A stretch of 64,000 nt of DNA. Origin: an uncultured Verrucomicrobiae bacterium. Its GTDB lineage: Bacteria > Verrucomicrobiota > Verrucomicrobiia > Chthoniobacterales > Chthoniobacteraceae. The stretch covers positions 2,144,001-2,208,000 of the forward strand of contig CAWIKF010000002.1 in assembly GCA_963836755.1 (NCBI GenBank). Direction: 5' to 3'. The position numbers and the translations under genes were made by a program. Shown piece after piece: positions 28,774 to 39,524 of this stretch (positions within the stretch are counted from its first letter, which is position 1; each line of letters begins with the position of its first letter). Below the pieces are notes generated by a model that saw only the letters and a program-made list of their open reading frames with translations, was not told the DNA's origin and did no database searches.

Positions 28774-31125
28774 ATGAAAAAGCTGCTCGCCGTTCTCCTC
28801 TCGCTGCTCCTCGGCGCGCAATTTGCCCGTGCGCAGCTGGCGAGTTTCGGCGACGTGCCGATCGAGATCAATGCCAATACCACGCAATTCGTCGGCGGCA
28901 TCGCGATCGCCCAAGGCCATGTGATCATCCAATACGGCTCGATCACGATTTACTGCGACTACGGGCAATACAATCCGGATACGCACGACGTGCTGGTGCG
29001 TGGCAATGTCCGGATTTATCGCAACCCGGAAGCAAGCGGAAACATCGGTGCGGATAAAACTAAAAAAACTTCTTCCAACTCCCTTGCCACCTCGGGCGGC
29101 GGACAGCTCTTCATTGGTGAGCGCGCGGTTTATAACCTCGAAACGAAGCAACTGCGCGGAGCCGATTTTCGCGGCGACTCCTACCCGTTCCGCTTTGCGG
29201 CCGACACCTTGAGCTCCACCGGCCCGAACGCTTTCACGGCAAAGGATGCGATCTTTACCACGAGTGATTCGTCGCAGCCAGACTATTACATCAAGGCGAA
29301 GTCGGTTCGCATTTATCCAAAGAACCGCATCATTTTTACGGGCGCGACCTTGTATGTCGGCAAGACTCCGGTCTTCTGGTTTCCATACCTCTTTCAATCC
29401 CTCGAGCATGATACGAGCTTTTCGCTGACGCCCGGCTATCTAAGCCAATGGGGCGCGTTTCTTCTTGGCCAGTATTCCTTCCCGATCGCGCAAGATTGGG
29501 AAGGCAAAATCCGACTCGATCTACGCTCCACACGTGGCGTCGCAGTTGGATTTGAGTCTCGCTATAAGATAGGTGGGGAGCAGCGTAACTGGGGCCGATT
29601 CCGCAGCTACTACGCGCAGGATGCCGCTCCTTACACCAATCACACCGCACTGGGTCGCGAAGACGTCAATCATGAACGTTACCGCGTGAGCTTGCAGCAG
29701 AAGCTCTACATCACCGACGACGTTTACGCGAACGTCAACATCAACAAGCTGAGCGACGCATTTATCCTCCAGGACTTTTTGCGCAATGAGTTCCGGCTCG
29801 ATCCGCAGCCCGACAATGTCATCTCCTTGACGAAGTGGGATAACGACTACACCGCAACTTTGATCGGCCGCAAACAGCTCAACAACTTTTTTGACGCAAC
29901 GGAGCGGCTTCCAGAATTCGCGCTCGATATCAAGCGGCAGGCGCTCTTTGACTCGCCCATTTTCTACCAAGGCGAAAGTGGCATCGCCAATCTGCGCCGC
30001 AACTTTTCAAAGTTCTCCGGCGAACCCGATTATCGCACTGTGCGGCTGGATACGTTTCACGAAATTCTCTACCCGACCGTGCTCGGCGGATGGCTGTCTT
30101 TCATTCCTCGCATCGGCATTCGCGGCACCTATTACACGGAGACGGGACATCTCGAAAACGAAGTGGTGGAAACGACTGTCGAGACGATTCTTCCAAACTC
30201 CGAACAGCGGAAAATCAAAGGCGCGGATACTGAAAATCAGTTGCACCGAAGCGGCTCCGCATTTCGCGGAATCATTGAAGGCGGCTTTGAAAGCTCCTTC
30301 AAATTTTCACGCGAGTGGAACGACTTGCAATCGCGCACGTGGGGACTCGATGGCTTGCGCCACATCGTGAAGCCTTACATGGATGTTTCGCTGCTCAAGA
30401 CAAGCTTGCGGCCCGACAATATTTTGCAGTTCGATCGCTTTCAGCACTCGACGCAGTTGCCAGTTTTTGACTTTCCGCAGTTCACAGCCGTGGACGCCAT
30501 TGATAACTGGGCGATCGTCCGGCTGGGCGTGCACAACAACTTCCAAACGAGGCGCGACAACAACACCTACAACTGGTTCACCATTGATAGCTTCGTCGAT
30601 GTCAACGTCGTGCGCCCGAACTTCCCCGACTCCGGCCTCCGTGAAGGAACTATTTCAAACCTTTACAATAACTTTCACTGGGCGCCGCTGCCTTGGGTAA
30701 ATCTCCAGATCGACTCGCAAGTGCCCACGCATCCGAAAGGTTTTACCGAAGTAAATTCGACGCTGAGTTTTCTCGTGAACTCAAACTTGCGGCTCGACGT
30801 CGGGCATCGCTACATCAACAATAACCCTTTCTTCGACAATAGCAGCCTGATCAGCTTGGGCGGCTACTATCGCATCAATGACAACTGGGGCCTGAGCATC
30901 CGCGAGCGCTATGAGGCGTCCGATCACACGCTCGAATCGCAGACCTATGAAGTCAGCCGCGATCTTAGCAGTTGGGTCGCAGGGCTCGGACTCGTCGTCG
31001 AGAACAATGGCACCAACCTAAACTTTGGCGTCATTCTTACCTTTACCTTGAAAGATTTGCCTTCCATTACTGCTCCGGTCAACTTTGATCCCGAAGGTCT
31101 GATAGGGTCGACCATCAGCAGATAA
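28774..31125 (+). CDS. lptD: LPS-assembly outer-membrane protein LptD
   Basis: Signal peptide, OstA-like N-domain (INA...AQGHVIIQYG), YVGKTPVFWFPY, ERLPE, large beta-barrel. Confidence 0.85.
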   Translation: MKKLLAVLLSLLLGAQFARAQLASFGDVPIEINANTTQFVGGIAIAQGHVIIQYGSITIYCDYGQYNPDTHDVLVRGNVRIYRNPEASGNIGADKTKKTSSNSLATSGGGQLFIGERAVYNLETKQLRGADFRGDSYPFRFAADTLSSTGPNAFTAKDAIFTTSDSSQPDYYIKAKSVRIYPKNRIIFTGATLYVGKTPVFWFPYLFQSLEHDTSFSLTPGYLSQWGAFLLGQYSFPIAQDWEGKIRLDLRSTRGVAVGFESRYKIGGEQRNWGRFRSYYAQDAAPYTNHTALGREDVNHERYRVSLQQKLYITDDVYANVNINKLSDAFILQDFLRNEFRLDPQPDNVISLTKWDNDYTATLIGRKQLNNFFDATERLPEFALDIKRQALFDSPIFYQGESGIANLRRNFSKFSGEPDYRTVRLDTFHEILYPTVLGGWLSFIPRIGIRGTYYTETGHLENEVVETTVETILPNSEQRKIKGADTENQLHRSGSAFRGIIEGGFESSFKFSREWNDLQSRTWGLDGLRHIVKPYMDVSLLKTSLRPDNILQFDRFQHSTQLPVFDFPQFTAVDAIDNWAIVRLGVHNNFQTRRDNNTYNWFTIDSFVDVNVVRPNFPDSGLREGTISNLYNNFHWAPLPWVNLQIDSQVPTHPKGFTEVNSTLSFLVNSNLRLDVGHRYINNNPFFDNSSLISLGGYYRINDNWGLSIRERYEASDHTLESQTYEVSRDLSSWVAGLGLVVENNGTNLNFGVILTFTLKDLPSITAPVNFDPEGLIGSTISR

Positions 31126-31140
31126 CCTTTCTTAAAAATT

Positions 31141-32448
31141 ATGAACCTATGCATCATTGGCTCTGGATATGTCGGGCTCGTCAGCGGCGCTTGCTTCGCC
31201 GAGGTCGGGCATAACGTCATCTGCGTCGACAACGACCAGCGAAAAGTGGACGCTTTGCAGGCTGGTCGCATTCCTATTTATGAGCCAGGGCTCGAGGACC
31301 TCGTTCACCGCAACGTCGCTGCGAATCGCTTGCACTTCACCCGCAGCACCGAAGAAGGCGTCGATAAATCCGACGTCATCTTTATCGCCGTGCCGACTCC
31401 GCCACAGCCAGACGGCAGCGTTGATTTGAGTTACATCGAAAAGGTCGCGCGTGAGATCGCCGACGTGCTGAAGGGCTACCGCGTCATCGTGGATAAGAGC
31501 ACGGTGCCGGTGAAAACAGGCCAAAAGGTTGCGGAAACCATCAAGCGCTACAACAAGGCAGGCGCGGAATTCGACGTGGTGAGCAATCCGGAGTTCCTGC
31601 GCGAAGGTTGCGCGGTCGCCGACCTGATGGCGCCGGATCGGATCGTGATCGGCGGCAACAATGACCGCGCACTGGCGCTGATGAAAAAGGTTTACGAGCC
31701 ATTCAATGCGCCGATTTTGGTTACGGACATCAACAGCGCAGAGCTGATCAAGCACGCCGCAAACTCGTTCCTCGCGCTGAAGATTTCCTACATCAACGCG
31801 GTCTCCGCCATTTGCGAAGCCAGTGGCGCTGATGTGGAAAAAGTAGCGGATGGCATTGGGATGGATCGCCGGATCGGCCGCAACTTTTTGAATGCCGGAC
31901 TTGGTTACGGCGGCTCCTGTTTTCCAAAAGACATCGCAGCCTTTATTGCTATCAGCGAGGATCTTGGCGTTCCTTTTACGCTTTTAAAGGAAGTCCAAAG
32001 AATCAATCGCGATCAAAAGGACCGTTTCATAAAATGCATGCGTGATGCGCTCTGGGTGTTGCGCGACAAGAAATTTGCCGTCTGGGGTTTGACCTTCAAA
32101 CCCGACACAGATGACGTCCGCTGCTCAGTCGCAATCGACATTATCAATGACCTCGTAAAGGAAGGCGCGAGCGTGACTGCTTACGACCCCAAGGGGATGG
32201 AGAAGGCCACGGAGTTCAAATTAATCCCAGAGACCGTCAAGCTTGTAAATTCTGCGCTCGAAGCAGTTGAAGGCGCTGAGGCTTTGATCATCGCGACCGA
32301 ATGGAAGGAGTTTGCGAATGTCGATCTTCAGGAAGTGAAGGCCAAAATGGCGACACCGCTGATCTTCGACGGAAGGAATCTATTTGATCCGAAAACGGTC
32401 GAGAGCTTTGGCTTTACCTACAAGGGAATCGGCCGCCGCAGTCCCTAA
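31141..32448 (+). CDS. ugd: UDP-glucose 6-dehydrogenase
   Basis: IGSGYVGL, SNPEFLREG, GYGGSCFPKD. Confidence 0.96.
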   Translation: MNLCIIGSGYVGLVSGACFAEVGHNVICVDNDQRKVDALQAGRIPIYEPGLEDLVHRNVAANRLHFTRSTEEGVDKSDVIFIAVPTPPQPDGSVDLSYIEKVAREIADVLKGYRVIVDKSTVPVKTGQKVAETIKRYNKAGAEFDVVSNPEFLREGCAVADLMAPDRIVIGGNNDRALALMKKVYEPFNAPILVTDINSAELIKHAANSFLALKISYINAVSAICEASGADVEKVADGIGMDRRIGRNFLNAGLGYGGSCFPKDIAAFIAISEDLGVPFTLLKEVQRINRDQKDRFIKCMRDALWVLRDKKFAVWGLTFKPDTDDVRCSVAIDIINDLVKEGASVTAYDPKGMEKATEFKLIPETVKLVNSALEAVEGAEALIIATEWKEFANVDLQEVKAKMATPLIFDGRNLFDPKTVESFGFTYKGIGRRSP

Positions 32449-32450
32449 GA

Positions 32451-32819
32451 CTACGCGACCGCGCGTCCGTCCATCAGTTCATCCAACACCGTCTGCAAAT
32501 CATAAAGATGCAGCGGCTTCGATAGGAAGCGCGAAGCTCCCGACGCAGTGATGAAGGGATGTTCCGCGTGTAGTTTTCCCGACATCAATACGATCTTTGC
32601 ATTGGGATCGCTGCTGAGAATTGCGTGCGTAGTCGTAAGGCCATTGATCCTCGGCATCATCACGTCCATCAGCACCACGTCAGGGCATGATTGATGATAG
32701 GCTTGGATAACATCCAGCCCGCCGCGCGTAGCAGTTATGATTTGGTGGCCCGCTTCCTTGAGAAAAAGTGAAAGCATTTCCGCCACTTCACGATCATCAT
32801 CAGCTACAAGTATTCGCAT
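32451..32819 (-). CDS. Stand-alone response regulator receiver (CheY-like)
   Basis: ILVADDD, LMDVMMP, LSKP. Confidence 0.9.
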   Translation of the reverse strand: MRILVADDDREVAEMLSLFLKEAGHQIITATRGGLDVIQAYHQSCPDVVLMDVMMPRINGLTTTHAILSSDPNAKIVLMSGKLHAEHPFITASGASRFLSKPLHLYDLQTVLDELMDGRAVA

Positions 32820-32821
32820 GG

Positions 32822-33253
32822 CTACTTGAGGCGACAGCGGATTTGCACGAAGCCGATGACCTCCAGCAAATCGTCAATGTGGAATGGCTTTGAGATGATG
32901 GTGCCCTGAACCGTCTTGATGAAATCGTTGATTTTCGGATTGCCGCGCATTCCGGTGATGAAAATAAAGCGCGGGCACAAGTGCGGCCGCATCCGTTCCA
33001 CCGCGCGGTAAAACATGTCGCCCGGAAGATTCGGCATCAACATGTCGCAAACAATGACTTCAAAGTCCTTTTCCATAACCTCGCGAACGCCAGCCACTCC
33101 ATCGGGAACGGCAATAACTTCATACGAATGCGACTGCAAGAATTCGGTCAAAGTCTCACAAAACTGCTTATCATCCTCTAGCAGCAGGATTTTTTTCGAC
33201 CGTTGGCCCGAATGATTTTCTGGTAGCGGGATCCTCTTCGTGAGCGATTGCAT
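32822..33253 (-). CDS. Stand-alone response regulator receiver (CheY-like)
   Basis: ILLLEDD, VCDMLMP, ISKPF. Confidence 0.9.
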   Translation of the reverse strand: MQSLTKRIPLPENHSGQRSKKILLLEDDKQFCETLTEFLQSHSYEVIAVPDGVAGVREVMEKDFEVIVCDMLMPNLPGDMFYRAVERMRPHLCPRFIFITGMRGNPKINDFIKTVQGTIISKPFHIDDLLEVIGFVQIRCRLK

Positions 33254-33353
33254 AGCTTTGTTCTCGGCTTACATCAGCAGAGCCCATGCCAGTTTTTGAA
33301 GTGGAACGTCTTGAAAATCGCTTTCTGACCTGATTTGGTTCGGTCCTCGACTT

Positions 33354-34691
33354 GTGGATTGTCAAACCCAATACGCGCCGGCGCAACATCATCCAAGGAC
33401 TGTCTCAGTCGTGACTGCCACAAGCATCGTCGTCGCCAATATGATCGGCACCGGGGTTTTCACGAGCTTGGGATTTCAAGTGCGGGAACTTCCCTCTTGC
33501 TTTGCCTTGATCACCTTATGGGCGATTGGCGGAATAGTCGCGCTTTGCGGAGCGCTTTCCTACGCGGAACTTGCCGCGGCGCTTCCGCGATCCGGCGGAG
33601 AGTATCACTTCCTTTCTAGGATATTTCATCCTGCCGTTGGTTTCATGGCAGGCTGGACCTCTGCCACCGTCGGGTTCGCCGCACCGGTCGCGCTCGCGGC
33701 CATGGCATTTGGCAACTACTTCAAAGGCCTTTCGCCAATCTCTCCAATTTTCAGTTCGCTGACAATCGTGTGGATTATTTCGCTCTTCCATCTCCGCGAT
33801 CTGAAGTCCGGCAGCGCCTTCCAAAATGTCTGGACGCTTTTGAAAATCCTGCTGCTCATCGGCTTCATCGTCGCGGGTTTTTGTTTTGGTCGGGCACAAG
33901 GGGTTTCCTTCTTACCCAGCTCGTCCGATATCAATCACATCGTCAGCGCACCGTTCGCGATCAGTCTCGTTTATGTCATGTATTCCTACTCTGGATGGAA
34001 TGCCTCGACCTATATTTCCGGGGAGATTCTTGAGCCGCAGCGGAATATTCCACGGTCACTTTTCGTCGGAACTTTGCTCGTGACAATTCTTTACGTCGCA
34101 ATCAACGCTGCATTTCTTTACACTACGCCAATGGCAAAACTTTCTGGGCAACTGGAAGTAGGATTGATCGCCGGCAACGCAGTGTTTGGTTCCATCGGGA
34201 CACGTGTCGTCGCAGCATTGATTTGTCTGGGACTTGTGTCTTCGATTAGTTCGATGGCATGGATAGGACCGCGAGTAACAATGGCGATGGGTGAGGACTT
34301 TCTCGGACTCAGCGTGTTTGCTCGCAAGACCCGGAGCGGCATTCCAGTAGTGGCCATCAGCGTTCAACTCGCCGTCACCACCCTTCTCTTGCTAACCTCC
34401 ACTTTCGAGATGGTGCTAATTTACATCCAGCTCTGTTTGATGCTGTGCTCGTTCCTTACCGTGCTCGGTGTCATCGTCCTAAGATTCACTCAACCAGAGC
34501 TTGTGAGACCTTATCGGACTTGGGGCTATCCTTTCACGCCTCTTCTCTTTCTTTCCGTAAGTCTATTCATGATGTTCTATATCCTAAAACAACATCCCCT
34601 TGAATCGACTTTGGGACTCGGGTTAATGTTATTGGGAGTAGTGGTTTATTTCACTGTCGTAAGTCATCATCGCCGCGCGACGCTTATATGA
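33354..34691 (+). CDS. APC-family amino acid permease
   Basis: ANMIGTGVF, YAELAAALPRSGGEY, YSYSGWN, RPYRTWGYP. About 12 TM helices. Confidence 0.93.
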   Translation: MDCQTQYAPAQHHPRTVSVVTATSIVVANMIGTGVFTSLGFQVRELPSCFALITLWAIGGIVALCGALSYAELAAALPRSGGEYHFLSRIFHPAVGFMAGWTSATVGFAAPVALAAMAFGNYFKGLSPISPIFSSLTIVWIISLFHLRDLKSGSAFQNVWTLLKILLLIGFIVAGFCFGRAQGVSFLPSSSDINHIVSAPFAISLVYVMYSYSGWNASTYISGEILEPQRNIPRSLFVGTLLVTILYVAINAAFLYTTPMAKLSGQLEVGLIAGNAVFGSIGTRVVAALICLGLVSSISSMAWIGPRVTMAMGEDFLGLSVFARKTRSGIPVVAISVQLAVTTLLLLTSTFEMVLIYIQLCLMLCSFLTVLGVIVLRFTQPELVRPYRTWGYPFTPLLFLSVSLFMMFYILKQHPLESTLGLGLMLLGVVVYFTVVSHHRRATLI

Positions 34692-35719
34692 AAACCATAC
34701 TCAGAGCCGTTCTACATGTCATACTATTCGCAGGAGCCTTCCAATCTCTCTGCGCCGATCCCGCGAGCTTTCAGGACACTGCGCGTTTTCTTGCCGGACT
34801 GCCTGTTTCTGGTCCTTTGCAGGCACTTGAAACTGACACCGGTTGGACAAGCCACGCACAATTTTTTGACAAGGCGTGGAGCAAGCTTGATCAAAGGCAG
34901 CTTGCTCCCATCCGAGCGTGGTCCGAGAACTTTCTCCACGATTCCTATCACAGTCACAAGCCTGTCTTTTACACGTTCAGCGGACCTGACTTTCTCTACG
35001 CACACACCTTCTTTCCTGCGAGCGATAACTACATTCTCTGTGGGACCGAGCCTGTAGGCAGCCTGCCTGATGTAACTCGCATTCCAAGCCACGAAGTTGG
35101 TGCCACTCTCAGAAACGTCGAAGCATCGTTGAACTCGGTGATGAACTACAGCTTCTTCATTACGAAGGAGATGCGAGTAAACCTACAAAACGGCCCCATA
35201 AATGGAACTCTGCCGATCCTTTACGTTTTCCTGGCGCGGCTGAATTGCCAGATCCAGGATGTGAGCTTCATCAGTAAAGGAGTTAAAATTACTTTTTCCA
35301 GCGGCGAGAATCGGAAACAAACTCTCTATTACTTCAATACAGACCTATCCGATGGTGCGGCGAATAGTGGGTTTTTCAAATTTTGCGATGGATTCGGCAC
35401 AGGACTTGGGCTGGTGAAGTCCGCCTCGTATCTCATGCACCAAAGCGATTTTTCGCATGTGCGTAGTTGGCTGCTAGACCATTGCGATACGATTGTGGAG
35501 GATGACTCCGGCATTCCCATCGCCGATTTCGACAGATCCAAATGGCGTTTACGCTTGTTCGGCGCCTATCAAGGGCCAATCGACATTTTCAAGCAGCATT
35601 ACCAGCCAATGCTAGCGGACTTTTACAAGGAAAGCGCTCCAGCACCGATTGATTTCGGGATAGGTTATCGAGGATGGAATCCCAAGCTTTCCACGCTGAT
35701 CGTCGGATTTCGACGCTAA
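34688..35719 (+). CDS. Secreted conserved hypothetical protein
   Basis: Signal peptide, motifs FYTFSGPDFLYA, KSASYLMH and EDDSGIP. ATGA-coupled to the permease. Confidence 0.8.
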   Translation: MKTILRAVLHVILFAGAFQSLCADPASFQDTARFLAGLPVSGPLQALETDTGWTSHAQFFDKAWSKLDQRQLAPIRAWSENFLHDSYHSHKPVFYTFSGPDFLYAHTFFPASDNYILCGTEPVGSLPDVTRIPSHEVGATLRNVEASLNSVMNYSFFITKEMRVNLQNGPINGTLPILYVFLARLNCQIQDVSFISKGVKITFSSGENRKQTLYYFNTDLSDGAANSGFFKFCDGFGTGLGLVKSASYLMHQSDFSHVRSWLLDHCDTIVEDDSGIPIADFDRSKWRLRLFGAYQGPIDIFKQHYQPMLADFYKESAPAPIDFGIGYRGWNPKLSTLIVGFRR

Positions 35720-36756
35720 CGAGCTAGCAGCAGTCGCAAGAAAGCCGCATCCGAAAACTTCGCGTCCATACCTTGACGCGCTACAACCACGTCGAGCGAA
35801 GGAATCACATAGAGCCGCTGATAGCTGGAACCTAGCGAAACAATCATATCGGCTGGTGCGTCGCGACAGATGCAGGCGTGACTCCAGTTCGCCTGGTTCC
35901 ATTTGAGTTCCAGCAAATTTTCGATGTCGGGATCTCGTGCCCCGGCATTCACGGCCTCGCCATTCAACCAGAATCCCATGCCAAATTCCGGATTCGCGGC
36001 GCTTGGCTGAAAACATTCCTTCAACACCGCGGACGGGAGCACTTCATGCCCATTGTAATTTCCATGTTGCAGGATCGTGGCCCCGAGATGAAGCCATTGA
36101 CGTGCAGTGAGTTTAAAGCCCGTCGCGAGCAGTGGATGTCCAAGCTGATCGACTTTTGACTCCACATGATTCAAGCCCAGCGGATCGAGCACGCGATCTT
36201 GCAAATACCGAAGCGGCGTCGTGCCGCGCTTGAGAAGCTTTCGCCGAAGTAACTCGCCAAAAATTTGAGTATGACTCGGCCCGTAAAGGAAGCGTGTTCC
36301 TGGTTCTGCTACGACTGGAAGCGCAAGTGCAACGCGGTTTCGATCTGGAATATCTGATCGATGCAAGAATGACGCGGGTTCTATTCCATCAGTAAAGTTG
36401 AGCAGCTCTCGGATCCGTATCCGCGACTTCAGCGGGTCATTTTTCCACTCCGTAATTGTCGTCGCGACTGGCTCATCAAGGGCAAGCAATCCTTCTTTGA
36501 CCGCCACCATCGCTGCAATTATCCAAAAGCTTTTTGTTCCGCTATAGATGGGATGTGGCTCATTCGCGCCGCCTTGATAGTCTTCAAAAATAATCCGCCC
36601 ATGCTGCATGACCAAAAACGCGAGCCCTCGGCGTGCCTTTGAGTAAGCAGCCGCCGCGAGCAGCTGCTTTTCGGTGATTTCATTTCCGTGGCAAGCGATG
36701 CCAATCAACATCTGCAGAAGCGTGACGATCGCTGCACATCGGCTTCGCATTCTCAT
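35716..36756 (-). CDS. Serine hydrolase, beta-lactamase class C / AmpC-like family
   Basis: SxxK motif YSGTKS, PGTRFLY, signal or lipoprotein-like N-terminus. Confidence 0.88.
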   Translation of the reverse strand: MRMRSRCAAIVTLLQMLIGIACHGNEITEKQLLAAAAYSKARRGLAFLVMQHGRIIFEDYQGGANEPHPIYSGTKSFWIIAAMVAVKEGLLALDEPVATTITEWKNDPLKSRIRIRELLNFTDGIEPASFLHRSDIPDRNRVALALPVVAEPGTRFLYGPSHTQIFGELLRRKLLKRGTTPLRYLQDRVLDPLGLNHVESKVDQLGHPLLATGFKLTARQWLHLGATILQHGNYNGHEVLPSAVLKECFQPSAANPEFGMGFWLNGEAVNAGARDPDIENLLELKWNQANWSHACICRDAPADMIVSLGSSYQRLYVIPSLDVVVARQGMDAKFSDAAFLRLLLAR

Positions 36757-37424
36757 TCGCCGAGGAGATCGGGTCGGACGCGGCGGGTTTTCTCAAGCGC
36801 CTGTTGCGCGCGCCATTTTGCGATCTCGCCATGATGACCGGAGAGCAGAATATCCGGCACGCGCCAGCCACGAAATTCCAGCGGCCGCGTGTAGTGCGGA
36901 AACTCGAGCGACCTTTGCGCAAACGAATCGTCCGCCGCGGAGCCGGCATCGCCGAGCACGCCGGGGATCAGCCTCACCACAGCATCCACGAGCACGAGCG
37001 CAGCGAGCGCGCCATTGGTCAGCACATAATCGCCGATCGAAATTTCCTCATCGACGAGATGATCGATGACGCGTTGATCCACTCCTTCATAATGCCCGCA
37101 CAGAATGATGAGATGCGGCGTGTGTAAAAAGTTCGCCGCGTCCTTTTGCTCGAAAGGCCGCCCCGCCGGCGACATCAGCACGACTTTCGCCGCCGGCGTG
37201 CGTAGCTCCTCGACCGCCGCAAAAATCGGTTCACACTTCATCACCATCCCCTGCCCGCCGCCATACGGCGCGTCGTCAGTCACCGCGTGTTTATCGCGCG
37301 CCCAATCACGGATGTTATGCACGCGGATCGTCGCGAGGTTTTTTTCCTGCGCGCGTTTCATCATGCTTTCGCCGAGTGCGCCCTCGCAGATCTTTGGGAA
37401 GAGCGTGAGAATATCGATGCGCAC
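36753..37424 (-). CDS. trmD: tRNA (guanine-N1)-methyltransferase
   Basis: DDAPYGGGQGMVM, CGHYEGVDQR, SIGDYVLTNG, PHYTRP. Confidence 0.97.
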   Translation of the reverse strand: MRIDILTLFPKICEGALGESMMKRAQEKNLATIRVHNIRDWARDKHAVTDDAPYGGGQGMVMKCEPIFAAVEELRTPAAKVVLMSPAGRPFEQKDAANFLHTPHLIILCGHYEGVDQRVIDHLVDEEISIGDYVLTNGALAALVLVDAVVRLIPGVLGDAGSAADDSFAQRSLEFPHYTRPLEFRGWRVPDILLSGHHGEIAKWRAQQALEKTRRVRPDLLGE

Positions 37425-37472
37425 GGCACCGCCATTTTGTTAAATCTGGAAGTTCTGTCAAAGTCCTTGCGC

Positions 37473-39458
37473 GTGGCCAAAAAAAGTCCGTCGAAAAAAT
37501 CTTACTGGAAATTCTGGCTGTGCTTGTTGGTCCTTGTCGCGGGGTTTGTTGTCTGCGCCGTCTACGCGATCTGGGCGTCCACGTTCGACCTGAAACAGGT
37601 CAACAACATCCCCGAGCGCTCCAGCGTTTTCGACATGGACGGAAAATATTACAGCCGTCTCGAAGGTGAAAATCGCGTGACGGTGCCGCTGGAACGCGTC
37701 TCTCAATCCTTGCAAAAAGCGTTGCTCGCGCGCGAAGACTCGCGTTTTTACAGGCATCACGGCATCGATCCGATCGGCATTTCGCGCGCGCTCGTGCGCA
37801 ACATTTTGCACGGCCACATTCGCGAGGGCGGCAGCACGCTCACGCAACAACTCGCGCTCAATACTTTTCTCGGCGGCCATCACACCCGCAGCCTGAACCG
37901 GAAATTGCTCGAGGCATTTCTCTCGTTGCGCATCGAGCAGAATTTCACGAAGCGCCAGATTCTGGAGAGCTACATGAATCGCATTTATTTTGGCGCGGGC
38001 GTTTACGGAATTGAAACTGCGAGCCAAACCTATTTCGGAAAACCGGCGTCAAAGTTGACTCTCAATGAATCGGCGATGCTCGTCGCGCTCATCCGCAGCC
38101 CGCATCGATACTCGCCTTTCCAGCATTTGAAAGTCGCGCTGCATCAGCGCGATCTCGTGCTCGATCGCATGGTTGAGTTGAAAATGATCGACAGCGCGCA
38201 ATCAAACGCGGCGCGGCGCACGCCGCTGGCACTGGCGAAAAAGCATGCGACGACGCAGCAGGAAAATTACGCGCTGGATGCGGTGCGCCGCGATCTCGAC
38301 ATGCTGCTCGATGACGATCAGCACGACGAGGGCGGCCTCAAAATTTACACGACGATCGATCCGGCGTTGCAGCGCGCGGCGCAGATTGCGGTCGATGCGG
38401 ATTTGCGAAAGGTCGAGCAAAAGCCGGGCTACGATCATACGCGGCGCTCGTATGTTCCAGCACAAGGCAACGAAACTGAAACCGCATATTTGCAGGGAGC
38501 GCTCGTCGCAATCGACAACCGCACCGGCGGCATTCGCGCACTGGTCGGCGGGCGCGATTACGCGGAGAGCCGTTTCAATCGCGCGCTGCTTTCAAAACGG
38601 CAGGTCGGATCGACATTCAAGCCGTTCGTCTACGCGACGGCTTTCACGCGAGGCTTGCGACCCGATTCGCTCATTGATGACAGCCGGATTCACCCGGGCG
38701 AATTGAGCACGATTTCCAACTGGAGCCCGGAGAATTCCGACGGCGTGTATGGCCCGCCCAAGCCCGCAGCGGAAGGTTTGATCCAATCGCGCAACACGAT
38801 GAGCGTGCGAATCGGAAACTACGCAGGGCTGGACAATGTCATACAAACGGCCGAGCGGGTGGGACTCGGAAAAATCCCAAGCACGCCAGCGGTTTTCATC
38901 GGCGCATTCGAGGCGACGCTCCGGGATATGACCGCGGCTTACACAGTTTTTCCGAACGATGGCCAGCGCCGGCAGCCATACGTCGTCGAGCGGATTGACG
39001 ACCCGGATGGGCAGGTGATTTACCGCGCGTCGCACGTGAACGCGCCCGCGATTGATCCCGGAAGTTCGGCGCTCGTGACGTCGCTTTTGCAGCAGGTGCT
39101 CACGCGCGGCACGGCCGCATCCGCGCGCTCTCTCGGCTGGCATAAGGCCGCGGCGGGCAAAACTGGCACGACAAATGATTACAAAGATGCGTGGTTCGTC
39201 GGTTACACAAAATCGCTCACATGCGGCGTCTGGGTCGGATTCGACCGGCCGCAAACCATCATGTCGCGCGGCTACGGCGCGACGCTCGCGCTGCCGATCT
39301 GGATTGACGCGATGAACGCTGCATCGCCGCAAAAATATCCCGCGCCGCAAATGGAAGGCGACTGGCAGTCCGGCTCGCAACACGGGCCGGAACATGGGAT
39401 CGAATCTCTGCCGGGAAATATTTTCCGTTCTTTCCGCAGATTTTTTGGTGGACATTGA
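37473..39458 (+). CDS. Class A penicillin-binding protein (PBP1A family)
   Basis: Transglycosylase EDSRFYRHHG and GGSTLTQQL. Transpeptidase STFK, SRN and KTG. GTG start inferred. Confidence 0.93.
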   Translation: MAKKSPSKKSYWKFWLCLLVLVAGFVVCAVYAIWASTFDLKQVNNIPERSSVFDMDGKYYSRLEGENRVTVPLERVSQSLQKALLAREDSRFYRHHGIDPIGISRALVRNILHGHIREGGSTLTQQLALNTFLGGHHTRSLNRKLLEAFLSLRIEQNFTKRQILESYMNRIYFGAGVYGIETASQTYFGKPASKLTLNESAMLVALIRSPHRYSPFQHLKVALHQRDLVLDRMVELKMIDSAQSNAARRTPLALAKKHATTQQENYALDAVRRDLDMLLDDDQHDEGGLKIYTTIDPALQRAAQIAVDADLRKVEQKPGYDHTRRSYVPAQGNETETAYLQGALVAIDNRTGGIRALVGGRDYAESRFNRALLSKRQVGSTFKPFVYATAFTRGLRPDSLIDDSRIHPGELSTISNWSPENSDGVYGPPKPAAEGLIQSRNTMSVRIGNYAGLDNVIQTAERVGLGKIPSTPAVFIGAFEATLRDMTAAYTVFPNDGQRRQPYVVERIDDPDGQVIYRASHVNAPAIDPGSSALVTSLLQQVLTRGTAASARSLGWHKAAAGKTGTTNDYKDAWFVGYTKSLTCGVWVGFDRPQTIMSRGYGATLALPIWIDAMNAASPQKYPAPQMEGDWQSGSQHGPEHGIESLPGNIFRSFRRFFGGH

Positions 39459-39524
39459 GCGGAAGTAGAAAATCACTCCGTTGCGTTTTAGTATAATCAC
39501 CGTTAACACGACATTTCCATCGAG

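Noticed and set aside
35716..36756. Antibiotic-resistance beta-lactamase
   Set aside because: It has SxxK but lacks canonical YxN and KTG motifs, so a generic esterase or peptidase is more likely.
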